A stretch of DNA of 64,000 nt from Mizuhopecten yessoensis (GCF_002113885.1 NW_018408883.1:235933-299932); one strand, 5' to 3'. Shown: positions 1 through 12,217, counted from the stretch's first letter. Notes: generated by a model from the letters alone, not told the origin. Program-made: numbers and translations.

Positions 1-780
1 CCAGTATCAACACAGTTGACGCACCAAAAGCACACCGTAACAACGATTAGAATTAAGGAGAAATCAAATCAACAGCAACTTTAGAGATAGATATTTTCCT
101 TGAATATTTACATTTGAATTCCTTATAAATTGTTGTTCAAATGAACACTGTCGGCCATTAACCTTCATGGCATAGCTGCAATTAGCAGATATAGCAACAG
201 ATAATCAGCATACACGACCGACAACAAAAATAGTCGAATACGCCGTAGCTGATGAGTAGTCTAAAATGTCACAGAGCAGGAGACGACTCCCAGATCCTTA
301 TTTGTTGCTCACAGATACATTGAGATATGGAAAGAAAGTATGTTTTCCGATACATTTCAATCAAACCTCTCTGAAAAGTATGTTCTGCACAATGTAGCTG
401 CCACACGACGCAGCTGAAGTGCTTTGATATTTCTCCAATGTTTCTCTATATATTTAAAGAAAAAAAATAGCCATATTTCCTTTAAACCCTTATTTTTAAA
501 TCATGAAATTCTCTTGACCACAGCTCTGTCATCACACCCACATTCTGCATGTTTTTGTTAATGTCATTAGTTACAATAACGTCGAAGAAATGAACATTTT
601 AGAATATTTTGCTCACCATAAAAGTACATGTATGTGACCTTTTCATTTTCTCCATCTACGAACCTATCCTTCAAAATATAAGTATGTTGATAAGACAGTG
701 ACGCCTCAATGAAACAGTTTATCAGGAAACAGGAACTCACAGGAGTTCGTAAGGTCGTTTATAATACCGATACCGGGAAA

Positions 781-1292
781 ATGAGACAACCTGATACGTG
801 GTGGCTTGACGTGAGACAACTGGATAAGTGGTGGCTGGACATTGACTGTCAGACAACCAGATTAGTGGTGGCTGGACATTGAGTGTCAGACAACCAGACT
901 AGTGGTGGCTGGACATTGACTGTCAGACAACCAGATTAGTGGTGACTTGATAGTGGGGCAACTGGATTACTGGCGACTTGACGTGAGACAACATAAAATA
1001 TATATACGTTATAAAAGTTGGGCCTGACAGTGAGACAACCGGATTACTGGTGACTGGACAGTTAGAAAATCAAAAAAAATCTTGTTTGACTGTTAGCAAA
1101 CCAGTTCAGCGGTCACTTGATAGTGGGGCAACTGGATTTCTGGTGACTTGACAGTGGGACAACCGAAACGGTTGCTTGACTGTAAAACAACCGGATTAGT
1201 GGTGCCTTTATAGTGGGACAATTCTAATAACTGGGAGATTGAGGTAGCTGGATAACAGGACAATTTGATTAATGGTGCTTGGACAGTGAAAC
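781..1292. repeat. Degenerate minisatellite, ~31-36 bp unit
   Basis: Recurrent GTGAGACAACCGGATTAGTGGTGGCTGGACA-like units, interrupted twice by A-rich stretches. Confidence 0.8.
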
Positions 1293-1305
1293 AACCAAAT
1301 ATGCG

Positions 1306-1560
1306 GTTTTGTTTTGTTTTGTTTAATTTGTTTAACGTCCTATCAACAGCTAAGGTCATTTAAGGACGTGCCCCTGTGTGTGTTGTGCATTCGTACATGT
1401 GTGTTTGTGTGTGTGTGTAGGAGGCAGGATAGTATGGTGCATTTGCCTCCTTGTGATATCGCGGAACTGTTGCCAACTTTATACTGCTATCTCGCTGAAA
1501 TACCATTCCGAAGGCAACCATCAAAGCATCCCGCTCGGTCACATTATGCTGACAACGGGC
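1306..1560 (-). mobile_element. 5'-truncated SINE with Meta/MESC-like core
   Basis: CCCGCTCGGTCACATTATGCTGACAACGGGC resembles the Meta/MESC SINE domain (from memory); internal (TG)n; tail at 1331-1372 shared with the SINE at 5028-5240; GTTTT-type end. Confidence 0.6.
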
Positions 1561-2994
1561 TATGAAATTAAATGTACATGAAGTTAGAAGTAGGGAGAAA
1601 TTAAAAAATCCCAAATATTTCACTAGGTCTAGCAGAGTTATTTTGTCTACATTATCTGTCCCCAAGTAGAGGGCACAAACCGTTATACGGTATCAGTATA
1701 ACAGGGCAATCAGATAAATGGTGACGTGATGGTTTGACATCCGGGTAAGTGACGACTTGATTAACCAGACACAACTGTTCATTACAATATACAAATACGA
1801 TACGGAAACAAGTCTATCATTAATCCATATCCAATTTAAAATAATCTTCGCAAATAGGATGAAATTTTATATATCAAAGTGGTCCTTGATTCATTAGAAT
1901 AATTTTAAATAAAATTAAAGCTGATAACTGATCAAAATACAAATGAAATACGAATATGAATACTTGCATGTAGATTAAAAGAGGAGATAAGCGTCAAGTC
2001 TAACGTTCTCTTGCTCAAAAAAAAATAATTTGGGGTCGATTGTTATTTGATATCGAAGTGCACGTGCAACACGTGGCATTTCCATTGTTCTAGTCAGCAG
2101 CAAAATGCTAGTTCCGGTGGTCACAGGTTGTCATTGGACGTAAATATTGACACTAGGTTACATCTGTAATGATAAACAGTGGCAGTGGGAGTGGATTACA
2201 CAACGCGGTCATCAAATCAATTAGTGCATTGTCTCCACACAGGAATGTGAGGGGCCTTGCTGGGGCAGCAATCGTCACCGCTTCTGCTGATTTATTCTAT
2301 TGTTATGTGGTTACATGTGATATCCCACAGTACATGTAAATACTATTGCTTTTGTTTGATTAAAGGGAGCTAAATTTTGTAAATATGACTGAACAAACTT
2401 TGCACTAATTATGCTAAAAAAATTTTTTTACTTGTCTCCCTTCAGAAAAGAAAGCGTAATGATGCGTACAGCCCTATGTGTATATATATAACATAAATCA
2501 CTGTGGTGGGATGTATCGTCATGTAATGTATGAGAACGTCGAAATATTCTTTAGAAGAATAGTTCCGGTATTAGACACTATACCGTACGATGAGTAGTGA
2601 AACAAGGAGAAAAACTGCTACCACATTGCGCAGTAGATCCTATTTCTGTCATTTTGTCTTGAGAAATTTGGTGCTAAAGGGATCAGGCGATATTTTGACA
2701 AGGGTGTTGAAATGATAGTAAATTAGTTACAACAAAAAAGGCCTACATGAAATATCTTGCAGGTTTTCTTAACTAAGAAACCATTTTTTATAATCACCAT
2801 TAATTTCATTTTCATGTCAGAATATTCGGCGCACCAATGTCTTAAGGATGGATTCCGTTTTGTTAGGTCTACCTTAAAGTCCTTTGCTGGGCCGCCGTAG
2901 GCGCCCGAGATCTACACTTTCATCACAAAGGTTACCAAACTATGTGCGCTCGCTTATAGGCAGTGCCTATTTCATTTAAACTTTATCTTGCAAG

Positions 2995-3828
2995 TTTAAC
3001 CCAGGTTATACTAGTGGATATGATTGTAACCAACGATATATATGTAACTTTGGTTAAGCAACTTCCGGTTTATCTGATAGATACAATAATAAGTAATTTA
3101 AGCCACGAGTGAAACTCTGGTTACACAAATGGGCGTGATTGCAACCACTAATATAACCTGGTTATAATACTTCTAGTTTATCTAATAGACACAATAGTAA
3201 GTAACTTCAGCCACGAGTTAAACTCGGTTATACTAGTGGGCGTGATTGCAACCACTAATATAACCCTGGTGATAATGCTACTAGTTTATCTAATAGACAC
3301 AATTGTAAGTAACTTCAGCCATTAGTTAAACTCGGTTATACTAGTGGGCGTGATTGCAACCACTAATATAACCCTGGTGATAATGCTACTAGTTCATCTA
3401 ATAGACACAATTGTAAGTAACTTCAGCCACTAGTTAAACTCGGTTATACTAGTGGGCGTGATTGCAACCACTAATAAAACCCTGGTTATAATGCTTCTAG
3501 TTTATCTAATAGACACAATTGTAAGTAACTTCAGCCATTAGTTAAACTCGGTTATACTAGTGGGCGTGATTGCAACCACTAATATAACCTGGCTATAATA
3601 CTTCTAGTTTATCTAATAGACACAATAGTAAGTAACTTCAGCCACGAGTTAAACTCGGTTATACTAGTGAGCGTGATTGCAACCACTAATAAAACCTGGT
3701 TATAATGCTTCTAGTTTATCTAATAGACACAATTGTAAGTAACTTCAGCCACGAGTTAAACTCGGTTATACTAGTGGGCGTGAGTGCGAACACTACTATA
3801 ACCCTGGTTTAAGACTTCCGGTTTATCA
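2995..3828. repeat. Tandem array, 107-108 bp unit, ~7.5 copies
   Basis: GTTAAACTCGG recurs at 3217, 3325, 3433, 3541, 3648, 3755. Confidence 0.95.
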
Positions 3829-4726
3829 ATACAAAGGTCGGCAGAAAGATCACCTTACCCCCGCGGACGTACATTTATCCAAGATGTCTACACTTCCGAT
3901 TCCTCAATATCTTTTAAATGCTATGCGGATTTTGTTTTTGATAACTATTGTTGGTGTAATTTTGGTGTCAGTTAGAGCGACTCCTACAGCGGACACGGAG
4001 GTCCAAGAGCACTTCCGTTTTTACTTGACGTCTATATCGTTTCAACATATTAAAATCTCCTGGTTGAATATTTAAAATAAATTTTAGCCTCACTGATACA
4101 CTGATACCATATCCAAGTAGTTTTAAACTAACGAAAATCTTCATCCCAAATCTTCAAAACACTTAATGACAAAACTAAATACCATTCAAGGGTGCAACAT
4201 TTCCAGAAGATACTTGATGTTTCACAATTGTCTTTTTACTAGCTACTAATAAGACATTGCCTTGTAGAAGTGTTATGTCAACCGACTCCCACGGTGTTTG
4301 CTTGTCTGCGCCGTTTCCGACACGAACACCAATTACATGACGGTCGTATGACGGCACTAATGAACCTTGTGTCTCATTCCTCGGATATTATTGTCAACGC
4401 CCGCAGCATGAGAACTTCACCCGCAATTAAACTGGTCAACGACCATCTCCTTTTTTGCATTATTAACGATTTGTGCCTTTTATTTGACCAGATATGGTCA
4501 TTTGGATATATCTGACCACTAGGAGGGCGGTACAGAGGATTGTTTTTTGTCATATTGATCTTGGAACTCGGAAACATCATGAGTGAGAGCGTTATTACCT
4601 TCATCAAACGGAGTATTGGATAAGAACGAGTGTTTAAAGAACGACTGTTTAAAGAAGAAAGTGTTTATATATGATATAATGAAAATATGTACCTAGAAAG
4701 ATCCAAGTCTGGTTCTTATTAAAGTA

Positions 4727-4909
4727 CATTAAAACCTCGATATAATATCCATCCTTTCATTTGCTTACCGCCAATTTATTTCACGGTCCATTATTCTCTC
4801 TTTTTTTCTGAATAATTTCTTTATATGCTTTCCTCAACTTGTTGCCGAACCCATCTATAACGCCAAACTTCATCTGGACAAATAGTGACAGTATAACGAG
4901 GTTTTACTG
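4727..4909. mobile_element. Tc1/mariner(pogo)-type MITE
   Basis: TA|CATTAAAACCTCGATATA ... TATAACGAGGTTTTACTG|TA: imperfect terminal inverted repeats flanked by TA. Confidence 0.7.
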
Positions 4910-5027
4910 TACCGTACTTTCGTCACACATATGCTTGCAAAGTAATTGTATACAATGAACAAACCCCGCCACCTGTCGGTATATGAAATACACAATATCA
5001 TAACTCAAGATATGTATCAATCATTTG

Positions 5028-5240
5028 GTGTGTCTGTGTTTTACGTCCTTTTTACAGCTATGGTCATGTAAGGACGTGCCAGGTTTTGTTGGTGGAGGAA
5101 AGCCGGAGTTCCCAGGGGAAAACCACCGACCTACGGCCAGTACCTGGCGACTGCCCCACGGAGGCCTCGAACCCGCGACCCAGTGAGGACTAGTGGTAGC
5201 AGAATGTCAGACGCCTTAACCACTTGGCCTCCGCGGCCCC
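5028..5240 (-). mobile_element. Near full-length tRNA-derived SINE with V-type core
   Basis: Minus strand: head GGGGCCGCGGAGGCCAAGTGGTTAAGG (A box), GGGTTCGAGGCC (B box), core GGTTTTCCCCTGGGAACTCCGGCTTTCCTCCACC, then tail. Confidence 0.8.
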
Positions 5241-6414
5241 TAAATCAATCAATCAAATCATCAGGCATTCTCATGGAATTAAAATATTTTTTAAATCTGA
5301 TCACTATTCGTTGTACGCTTTACCAGGACCATGCTTTTTTTCTGCGTGAATACATGATGATTTTACTTCGATATTGCTGTGTTCAAAGAATTACATTGAA
5401 GTTACATGTAATTACAATGACTACATATACCAACTGGAAATCTAGAGATGACTATTTTTCGAATTATAACTTGGTAGTGAATTAATGTTAAAAACAAATT
5501 ATTTGATCCTAGAATAATATTCATAATTTAAAAATACTGAACGGAAAGACCTCTTTTTATTGAAGGATCGAACTATCTCAACATATTTTAAACATATTTA
5601 TCGCCAATAAAATTGAACAAGGGATTGGGCACAAGTTATTACAAATTATCAAAGCCTTCTCCCGTCATACATTTACAATTACATGACAACAATCATAATA
5701 GGCATAAACATGAACTAGATATATATAATATTGACACAGGTACAAATACACAACTTAAAAAACACCGTTCAAAATCTTTTGCTGCATTTGATGAAGTGAT
5801 GCAGTTCTAAAAACAAAAGAAGCTCTAAATTTAAATATATACCCAAGGCATTAAAATTTTGAAACAAAATACGCCTTTCATTGTTAAAAAGTTAACACTC
5901 AGAGAAAAAGGGAAAGGCATCTCACATGGGTGTACACAGGTGCAAAATGTACTTTCGACAAGATTAACTCTTAAAAGGTCAGACTTAAGGGAAATATGAC
6001 CTATTCAGAGTTAATCTGTTGAAAGTTGATATACGATTTAAGCCTATTTTCTTTTGAAAATCCTTTATTATCGTTTGTGTATGCCCTTATCTGTGTAATA
6101 TTTATATTTTAATCTTTGTTTAAATAAACTAAGGCAGGGATCCGGGAAAGACATCAACCTTCGATACATGGTCAAGCAAACAGAAAATAGAAAGAGGTAG
6201 ATTGTCTTAATATGTAGATGATCAGCCATCATCAAATCGAATATTATAACGTTATCCAGACAGAGGTAGAGAATCAGAAATTCTTCCAACATTTTTTGGG
6301 GATTTGACAAACATGCATCGATACACTTTGATGTGGAAAACAATAATCCAATTTCCCCAGAATTGTGAATGTGCTACAATCACGACAGGTTTGTATCGTG
6401 ACCGAAGACTCCAT

Positions 6415-7812
6415 ATACATGCTCTGTTACAAGGGGGCTCACATGCACTGTTACAAGGGGGCTCACACGCACTGTTACAAGGGGGCTGACATGCTCTGTT
6501 ACAAGGCGGCTCACATGCTCTGTTTCAAGGGGGCTCTCATGCACTGTTACAAGGAGGCTCACATGTACTGTTACAAGGGGGCGCACATGCTCTGTTACAG
6601 GGGGGCTCACATGCTCTTTTACAAGGGGGCGCACATGCTCTGTTACAAGAGGGCTCAAATGCACTGTTACAAGGGGCCTCACATGCACTGTTACAGGGGG
6701 GCTCACATGCTCTTTTACAAGGGGGCGCACATGCTCTGTTACAGGGGGGTTTACATGCTCTGTTACAAGAGGGCTCAAATGCACTGTTACAAGGGGGCAC
6801 GCATGCACTGTTACAAGGAGGATCACATGCACTGTAACAAGGGGGCTCACATGATCTGTTACAAGGGGGCTCCCATGCCCTGTTACAAGGGGGCTCCCAT
6901 GCACTGTTACAAGGAGGATCAAATGCACTGTTACAAGGGGCCTCACATGCACTGTTTCAAGGGAGCTTATATGCTCTGTTACAAGTGGACTCACATGCTC
7001 TGTAACAAGGGGGCTCACATGATCTGTTACAAGGGGGCTCCCATGCACTGTTACAAGGGGACTCACATGCTCTGTAACAAGGGGGCTCACATGTACTGTT
7101 ACACGGGGGCTCACATGCACTGGTACAAGGGGGCTCACATGCGCTGTTACAAGGGTGCTCACATGCTCTGTTACAAGAGGGCTCAAATGCACTGTTACAA
7201 GGGGGTTCACATGCTCTGCTACAAGGGGGCTCACATGATCTGTTACAAGGGGGCTTACATGCACTGTTACAAGAGGGCTCAAATGCACTGTTACAAGGGG
7301 CCTCACATGCACTGTTACGAGGGGGCTCACATGCACTGGTACAAGAGGGCTCACATGCTCTGTTTCAAGGGGGCTCTCATGCACTGTTACAAGGAGGCTC
7401 ACATGCACTGTTCCAAGGGGGCTCACATGCTCTGCTACAAGGGGGCTCACATCCACTGTTACAAGGGGGCTGACATGCTCTGTTACAAGGCGGCTCACAT
7501 GCACTGTTGCAAGGGGGCTCCCATGCACTGTTACAAGGAGGATCAAATGCACTGTTACAAGGGGCCTCACATGCACTGTTTCAAGGGAGCTTATATGCTC
7601 TGTTACAAGTGGACTCACATGCTCTGTAACAAGGGGGCTCACATGTCTTGTTACAAGGGGGCTCAAATGCTCTGTTACAAGGGGGCTTACATGCACTGTT
7701 ACAAGGGGGCTCACATGCACTGTTACAAGGGGTCTCACATGCACTGTTACAAGGAGGATCACATGCACTGTTACAAGGGGGCTCACATGAAGCACTGTTA
7801 CAAAGGGGCTCT
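6415..7812. repeat. 24-bp minisatellite, ~58 copies, stop-free in one frame on each strand
   Basis: Unit GCTCACATGCACTGTTACAAGGGG; ORFs 6365-7999(+) (GAHMHCYK)n and 6380-7795(-) (HVSPLVTV)n. Confidence 0.95.
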
Positions 7813-7969
7813 AAATCATATTATAAGAGTTGTGTTCTCGTTGGGTAAAGTCATTCTATTTTTCAGTTACCCACATTCTGGTTTCACAGCACACTGTTGC
7901 AAATGTCACGTTTCGGTTATTTCCGGAAAACATCGGTATCAGACCGATCATTGCCAACACATAACGACT

Positions 7970-7996
7970 GGGGGGGGGGGGGGGGGGGGGGGGGGG
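7970..7996 (+). repeat. Poly-G tract (27 G)
   Basis: Direct read; could form a G-quadruplex, length may be unreliable. Confidence 0.85.
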
Positions 7997-8941
7997 TAGT
8001 GACATGTATTATAGTAAAACATTGACAGGTGACTTTAAACCCGATTACTGCTTTTAACAAAAGTCTGTACTGATTGTGCTCTTTTTAATTTTCAGCTTTT
8101 ACTTGATCATCCTTAAAATGTCCCGGGCGAGCTATAATAATGCAGAACTCAGTATAAAGCATTTTACATTTACGCTTGTTGATGTTAACACGTGACAATA
8201 TTTTAGAAAGTTGTGTACTGCTGTGATCTAAGGACAATAACGGGGAGATTTAAATGCGTCAAGCCAATCGATTTGTCTTCTATTTCATACTTTACAATGT
8301 TAGAAACCTTAATCTGAAAACGTTTAGCACAATTTATAATCTTTAAATTTCTTAAAATCAATGAGCTAGTCTATTAAGCGATCCATTAATGGATAGAAAA
8401 CTAAAAGTGTTACGCCGAATGCGTATTGCGAGCGAAAGTTAAGCGATAAAAAAAAGCGCACAACACATTGTCAATAACATCAACGTGAAGTTGGTTACTT
8501 TTTCCGTGAAATAAAAGTATTTCATTTTTATATTGGATTCTTAATAATATTTAAATCATTAACAAAAAGAGAACGTATGGAAATTGTGAGGAGAAAAATA
8601 CTGTCATCAATTGAATATTAACCTGCTGTTTCTAAAACATAGTAACACCGATTCAATATCCGGAATTACCGACCTCCACGTGTTTATGAGCCAACCAATC
8701 AGGATGTGTAGGGAAAATGTGCGTCATCTTATATACCGAAGTAATGTCATCTTATATACCGAAGTAATGTCAACTAATTTGTAGCAGCCCATTAGACATC
8801 AAAACAAATACACTGAAGACAATCACTGGTACGGTTCTGTCAATGAGTGGGATTTATAAATAACGTGTACATTGTCAACAACAACATAAGCTCTGTAGGA
8901 CTTTTATTACGACGCCGCTTAGGGATCAAATGTTGTTTTCA

Positions 8942-9179
8942 TTTCAGTAATAATTGCCATAACTTTAGTATGCATAATCAATACCTACACCCGTCTTTGT
9001 AGCCCAAAAACAAAAGATTCAAATATCCCGACCTCCCTACCGTGACGTAACACATATCCCGACCTCCCTACCGTGACGTAACACATATCCCGACCTCCCT
9101 ACCGTGACGTAACACATATCCCGACCTCCCTACCGTGACGTAACCCATATATCGACGACATAGCCATGGAGTGATCTCC
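8942..9179 (+). repeat. DIRS left inverted terminal repeat (contains 4 x 31-bp expansion at 9023-9146)
   Basis: 8957-9179 is the reverse complement of 11851-11979 once three extra 31-bp units are removed. Confidence 0.93.
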
Positions 9180-9499
9180 TCGTTCTTTTATGGCGCCTGC
9201 TTTTTACCCATCTGCCCTTGTTACTACAATTATTTGTTGTTGAAAATTATTTTTGTGCCTTTTTCGGCCGGTTTTTTTACTTCACGTGTGCCGGTGTTGT
9301 GCCACGCGGTCCGCCATTATTGTGTGTAAATTTCCGACCTCTGTTTATTTCAGTAACGGTTGTTTGTTTCGGCAAACTTTATTTATTTCACCGTTTCGGA
9401 TATATATTACTGGTGAAATTCTTTCTACGTTGCGTACTTTGTACTATCGTAATACATATTTTTTCCCCCGTGTTTGTCTGCTTGTAAACTTTGGAGGGT

Positions 9500-9663
9500 A
9501 TGTCTCAGTCGGGACAGCGACGGGGGCAGCTCATGGGTGTTCCCATTTCTTCGTGGAACCCGACCCTCATGATGCTTGTCCCCAGTGTCTTTCTTGCAGT
9601 GATTTTTCGCCTTCTGAATCACAGACTGAATTTCAGGACAAGCCCTTTATTGTTCCCAAGTGA
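9500..9663 (+). pseudogene. DIRS Gag N-terminal zinc-finger remnant
   Basis: ATG at 9500 (MSQSGQRRG), then after a frameshift GCSHFFVEPDPHDACPQCLSC, a C..DPH..CxxC pattern seen at the start of DIRS Gag. Confidence 0.6.
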
Positions 9664-10234
9664 CCTTCAGCTTGCCGTAAGAGAGATTCGTCTGCTTCTA
9701 CCGGAAAGCGAGAGAAGCAGAGAGGTAGGGGTGGTGCCACCAGCTCTCTGGGGTTTTGTGGTACTGTCTCTGTTCCTGTCTCGGTGGGTCTCGCTTCGGC
9801 GAGTCCCTCTCGTAAGCATGGGTGGCCCTTCCTGTTCAGGAACTCCCTGGAGTAGGAGCGGGGCAGCCCAACCCTGGCTTGGCACAGCCCAGGGTCGAAT
9901 TGACCGGGAACGCCCGTAAGCTTTCGCGCTTGTCTTCGAGTAGTGACTAACGGCATTCCAGGTTGTGCTGTCGTTTTGGACAGTCTTGTTGCTGGGCCTG
10001 TTCTTTCGGTTTCATGTCCTGGTGTGACTACAGACCTCTTTCGGGATTGTCTGTGTCTACCGGGATTAGTGACGCGCAGCTCACTAATCCCAGCACGAAT
10101 GCTGGTCAGGCTTACCCTCCCGGTCAGTTCCCCGAACCCGGTCATATAAGGTCCGGCCCGGAGTGTCATTTGACCGGGAACCTGGGAGGTTTCCCCCATG
10201 TGTTTGGTTTGCTGGACAGGGGCCCTAGGGCTTA

Positions 10235-10650
10235 GAGTGGCAACAGAGTGGCAACTGAATCCCTCGATATTCGAGGGAATTTGTCAGGTGTGGGACAGGC
10301 CCCACATAGACCTGTTCGCCACTTCACTGGAAAATCAGTTGCCAACGTTGTCTCTCCGGTTCCAGATCAAATGGCTTTGGCTGTGGACGCTCTGTCTCTG
10401 GATTGAGTGGGAATGCATATGCCCGCCCTTCAATCTGGTGGGCGGGGTGCTGCAGAAGTTTCGGGAGCATCAGTGTTCCTTCCTCCTGATAGCGCCCCTG
10501 TGGCCGAGGCAGCCTTTGTTTCCGGAGCTTTTGTCGCTTCTGGTGAAAGCGCCCCTGTCTCTTCCTCTCAGAGCGAACCTCCTTCGCCAGCCTCGGTTCA
10601 GGACGATACACTCCCGTCCGGAGATCCTCCACCTTCACGCGTGGAAGCTA
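10235..10650 (+). pseudogene. DIRS pol C-terminal N6-adenine methyltransferase-like domain, frameshifted
   Basis: EWQLNPSIF..W..PHIDLFAT, AVDALSLD, NAYA/PPF, LLIAPLWPRQPLFPELL motifs across shifted frames. Confidence 0.85.
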
Positions 10651-11469
10651 TCTCAGGAGGCATCGCTCAGGCGGGCTTTTCTAGGGACGTGTCAGATCGC
10701 ACCGCTCGATCAATTAGGTCTTCCTCGTCTGCCGTCTACCAGTCACGATGGAAGATTTACTGTGATTGGTGTGTCGGCAGGAAGGTTGATCCGATCATGG
10801 CTACTGTCCAGGTGATTGCGGACTTCCTTATTTGGCTGTTTAGGGACCGCAATCTTTCCCATGGCACTATTGCTGGTTATCGCACGGCCATTGCTAGTTC
10901 TCTCTATTCATGGTAGGCCGGAAGTAGGCTCGTCCTCCTCTCTTTCTGACTTGATTAGGGGGTTTGGGTTGGACAGCCCTAGGGTCCGGCAGTTGGCTCC
11001 GCAGTGGAATTTGCCACTGGTGCCCGAATCGCTGATGCTGGCACCTTATGAGCCTATAGCGTCTGCCTCCTTGAAGGTTTTTTTTTTTACCTACAAGGCG
11101 GTATTCCTGATTGCCCTTGTCTCCGGTGGTCCAGGAATTACTCTGCCGTTACCCTTCTCACTGATCCTGCCTTCATGGCTAAGATTCAGGTTCCTGATTT
11201 CTCGCCCGATCCTATTAAGATTCCGTCGTTGACTGCTTTCGTTGGGTCTGAGGAACGGGATAGGTTTCGCTGTCCCTGTCGGGCGCATAGGTTTTACTTC
11301 GATCAGGGCCCTTGCTGCTTCATGGGCCCTCCTCAATGGGTCCCCCTTTCAGGGGGTCATGTCCCCGGCTATCTGGCGCGTACAGACTACCTTCATGGAT
11401 TTTTATCTCCGGTCCTTGGCTTCTCATTCCGATGGATTGTATTCCCCTGGACTGGTGGTGGTTGCATAG
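10640..11469 (+). pseudogene. DIRS tyrosine recombinase (integrase N-terminal plus catalytic domain), frameshifted and partly deleted
   Basis: RSSSSAVYQSRWKIYCDWC..IADFL..LSHGTIAGYRTAI; PQWNLPLV..PYEP..KAVFLIALVSG; CPCRA; SIRALAASWA..W...TTFMDFY. Confidence 0.9.
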
Positions 11470-11698
11470 TCTGTGGCTGTTCCTCCACAGTAATTCAGTG
11501 ATTTTTAAATAGTATGCTATCAGGCACCAAGGTGTTACACCTGCTCGTTTTATTGGGAGGTCTTCCCTTTTTTAATTACTCTCGGGGCTTTATTAGGGGG
11601 GTTCCTTGAACCTTTTCCCTACCTTGAGCATGTCTCGAGTTTGTTCCGTCAGCCTGGTCTGCCTGGATTCGAAGCCTCCACTACGGTAAGACGAATTC

Positions 11699-11772
11699 GC
11701 ATACTAAAGTTATGGTAATTATTACTGAAAAGTAAAACCAATTTCCATGATGTAATACTTACCTTAACTTTA
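11699..11772 (+). repeat. DIRS internal complementary region (ICR)
   Basis: 11699-11730 is the reverse complement of 8942-8973 (31/32); 11731-11772 is the reverse complement of 11969-12010 (37/42). Confidence 0.93.
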
Positions 11773-11850
11773 TGGAGTCCCACCCTGTATTCCTCCCCTT
11801 GCCTCCTCATCCCGGCTGCCTTTAGGCTCCATAAAAATGGTTTAAGTATG

Positions 11851-12011
11851 GGAGATCACTCCGTGGCTCTGTCGTCGAGATATGTGTTACGTCACGGTAG
11901 GGAGGTCGGGATATTTAAATCTTTTGTTTTTGGGCTACAAAGATGGGTGTAGTTATTGATTATGGTACTAAAGTTATGGTAAGTATTACATCCTGAAAAT
12001 TAGTTTCACTT
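11851..12011 (+). repeat. DIRS right inverted terminal repeat plus unique right extension
   Basis: Reverse complement of the left ITR with a single 31-bp unit; the last ~30 bp match the ICR, not the left end. Confidence 0.93.
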
Positions 12012-12024
12012 CAAAAACCTCAAG

Positions 12025-12217
12025 TTCGTTGTGGAGGAAAGCCCACGGAGGAAAACCACCGTGCCATCGGAGGGAAAAAAACTAACCCTATCAGACATCA
12101 CTCTCTTTTTCCGCCACCGCTGGGGATCGAACTGAAATTCTTGGGAGAGTGAGTGGTTTGAAGCTCACGCTTGATTGCACATAGTAGTAATGACGATCAC
12201 GGCTACCGAGGCACCTG
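12025..12217 (-). mobile_element. Degraded V-type SINE fragment
   Basis: GTGGAGGAAAGCC..GGAAAACCACCG and GGGATCGAAC resemble the SINE at 5028-5240. Confidence 0.5.

Larger units (their letters stand above)
8942..12011 (+). mobile_element. DIRS1-type tyrosine-recombinase retrotransposon, internally deleted and frameshifted
   Basis: Inverted terminal repeats, ICR complementary to both outer ends, TTT start, GC-richer interior with Gag zinc-finger, methyltransferase-like and tyrosine recombinase remnants in DIRS order; no recognisable RT. Confidence 0.93.

Noticed and set aside
2243-2911. Small exon-like GC-rich bits (ECEGPCWG.. on +, ISGAYGGPAKDFK on -)
   Set aside because: Too short, strand-ambiguous, and not linkable to a gene model.
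9633-11336. Minus-strand ORFs inside the DIRS element
   Set aside because: Antisense shadows of GC-rich decayed coding sequence, with no motifs.
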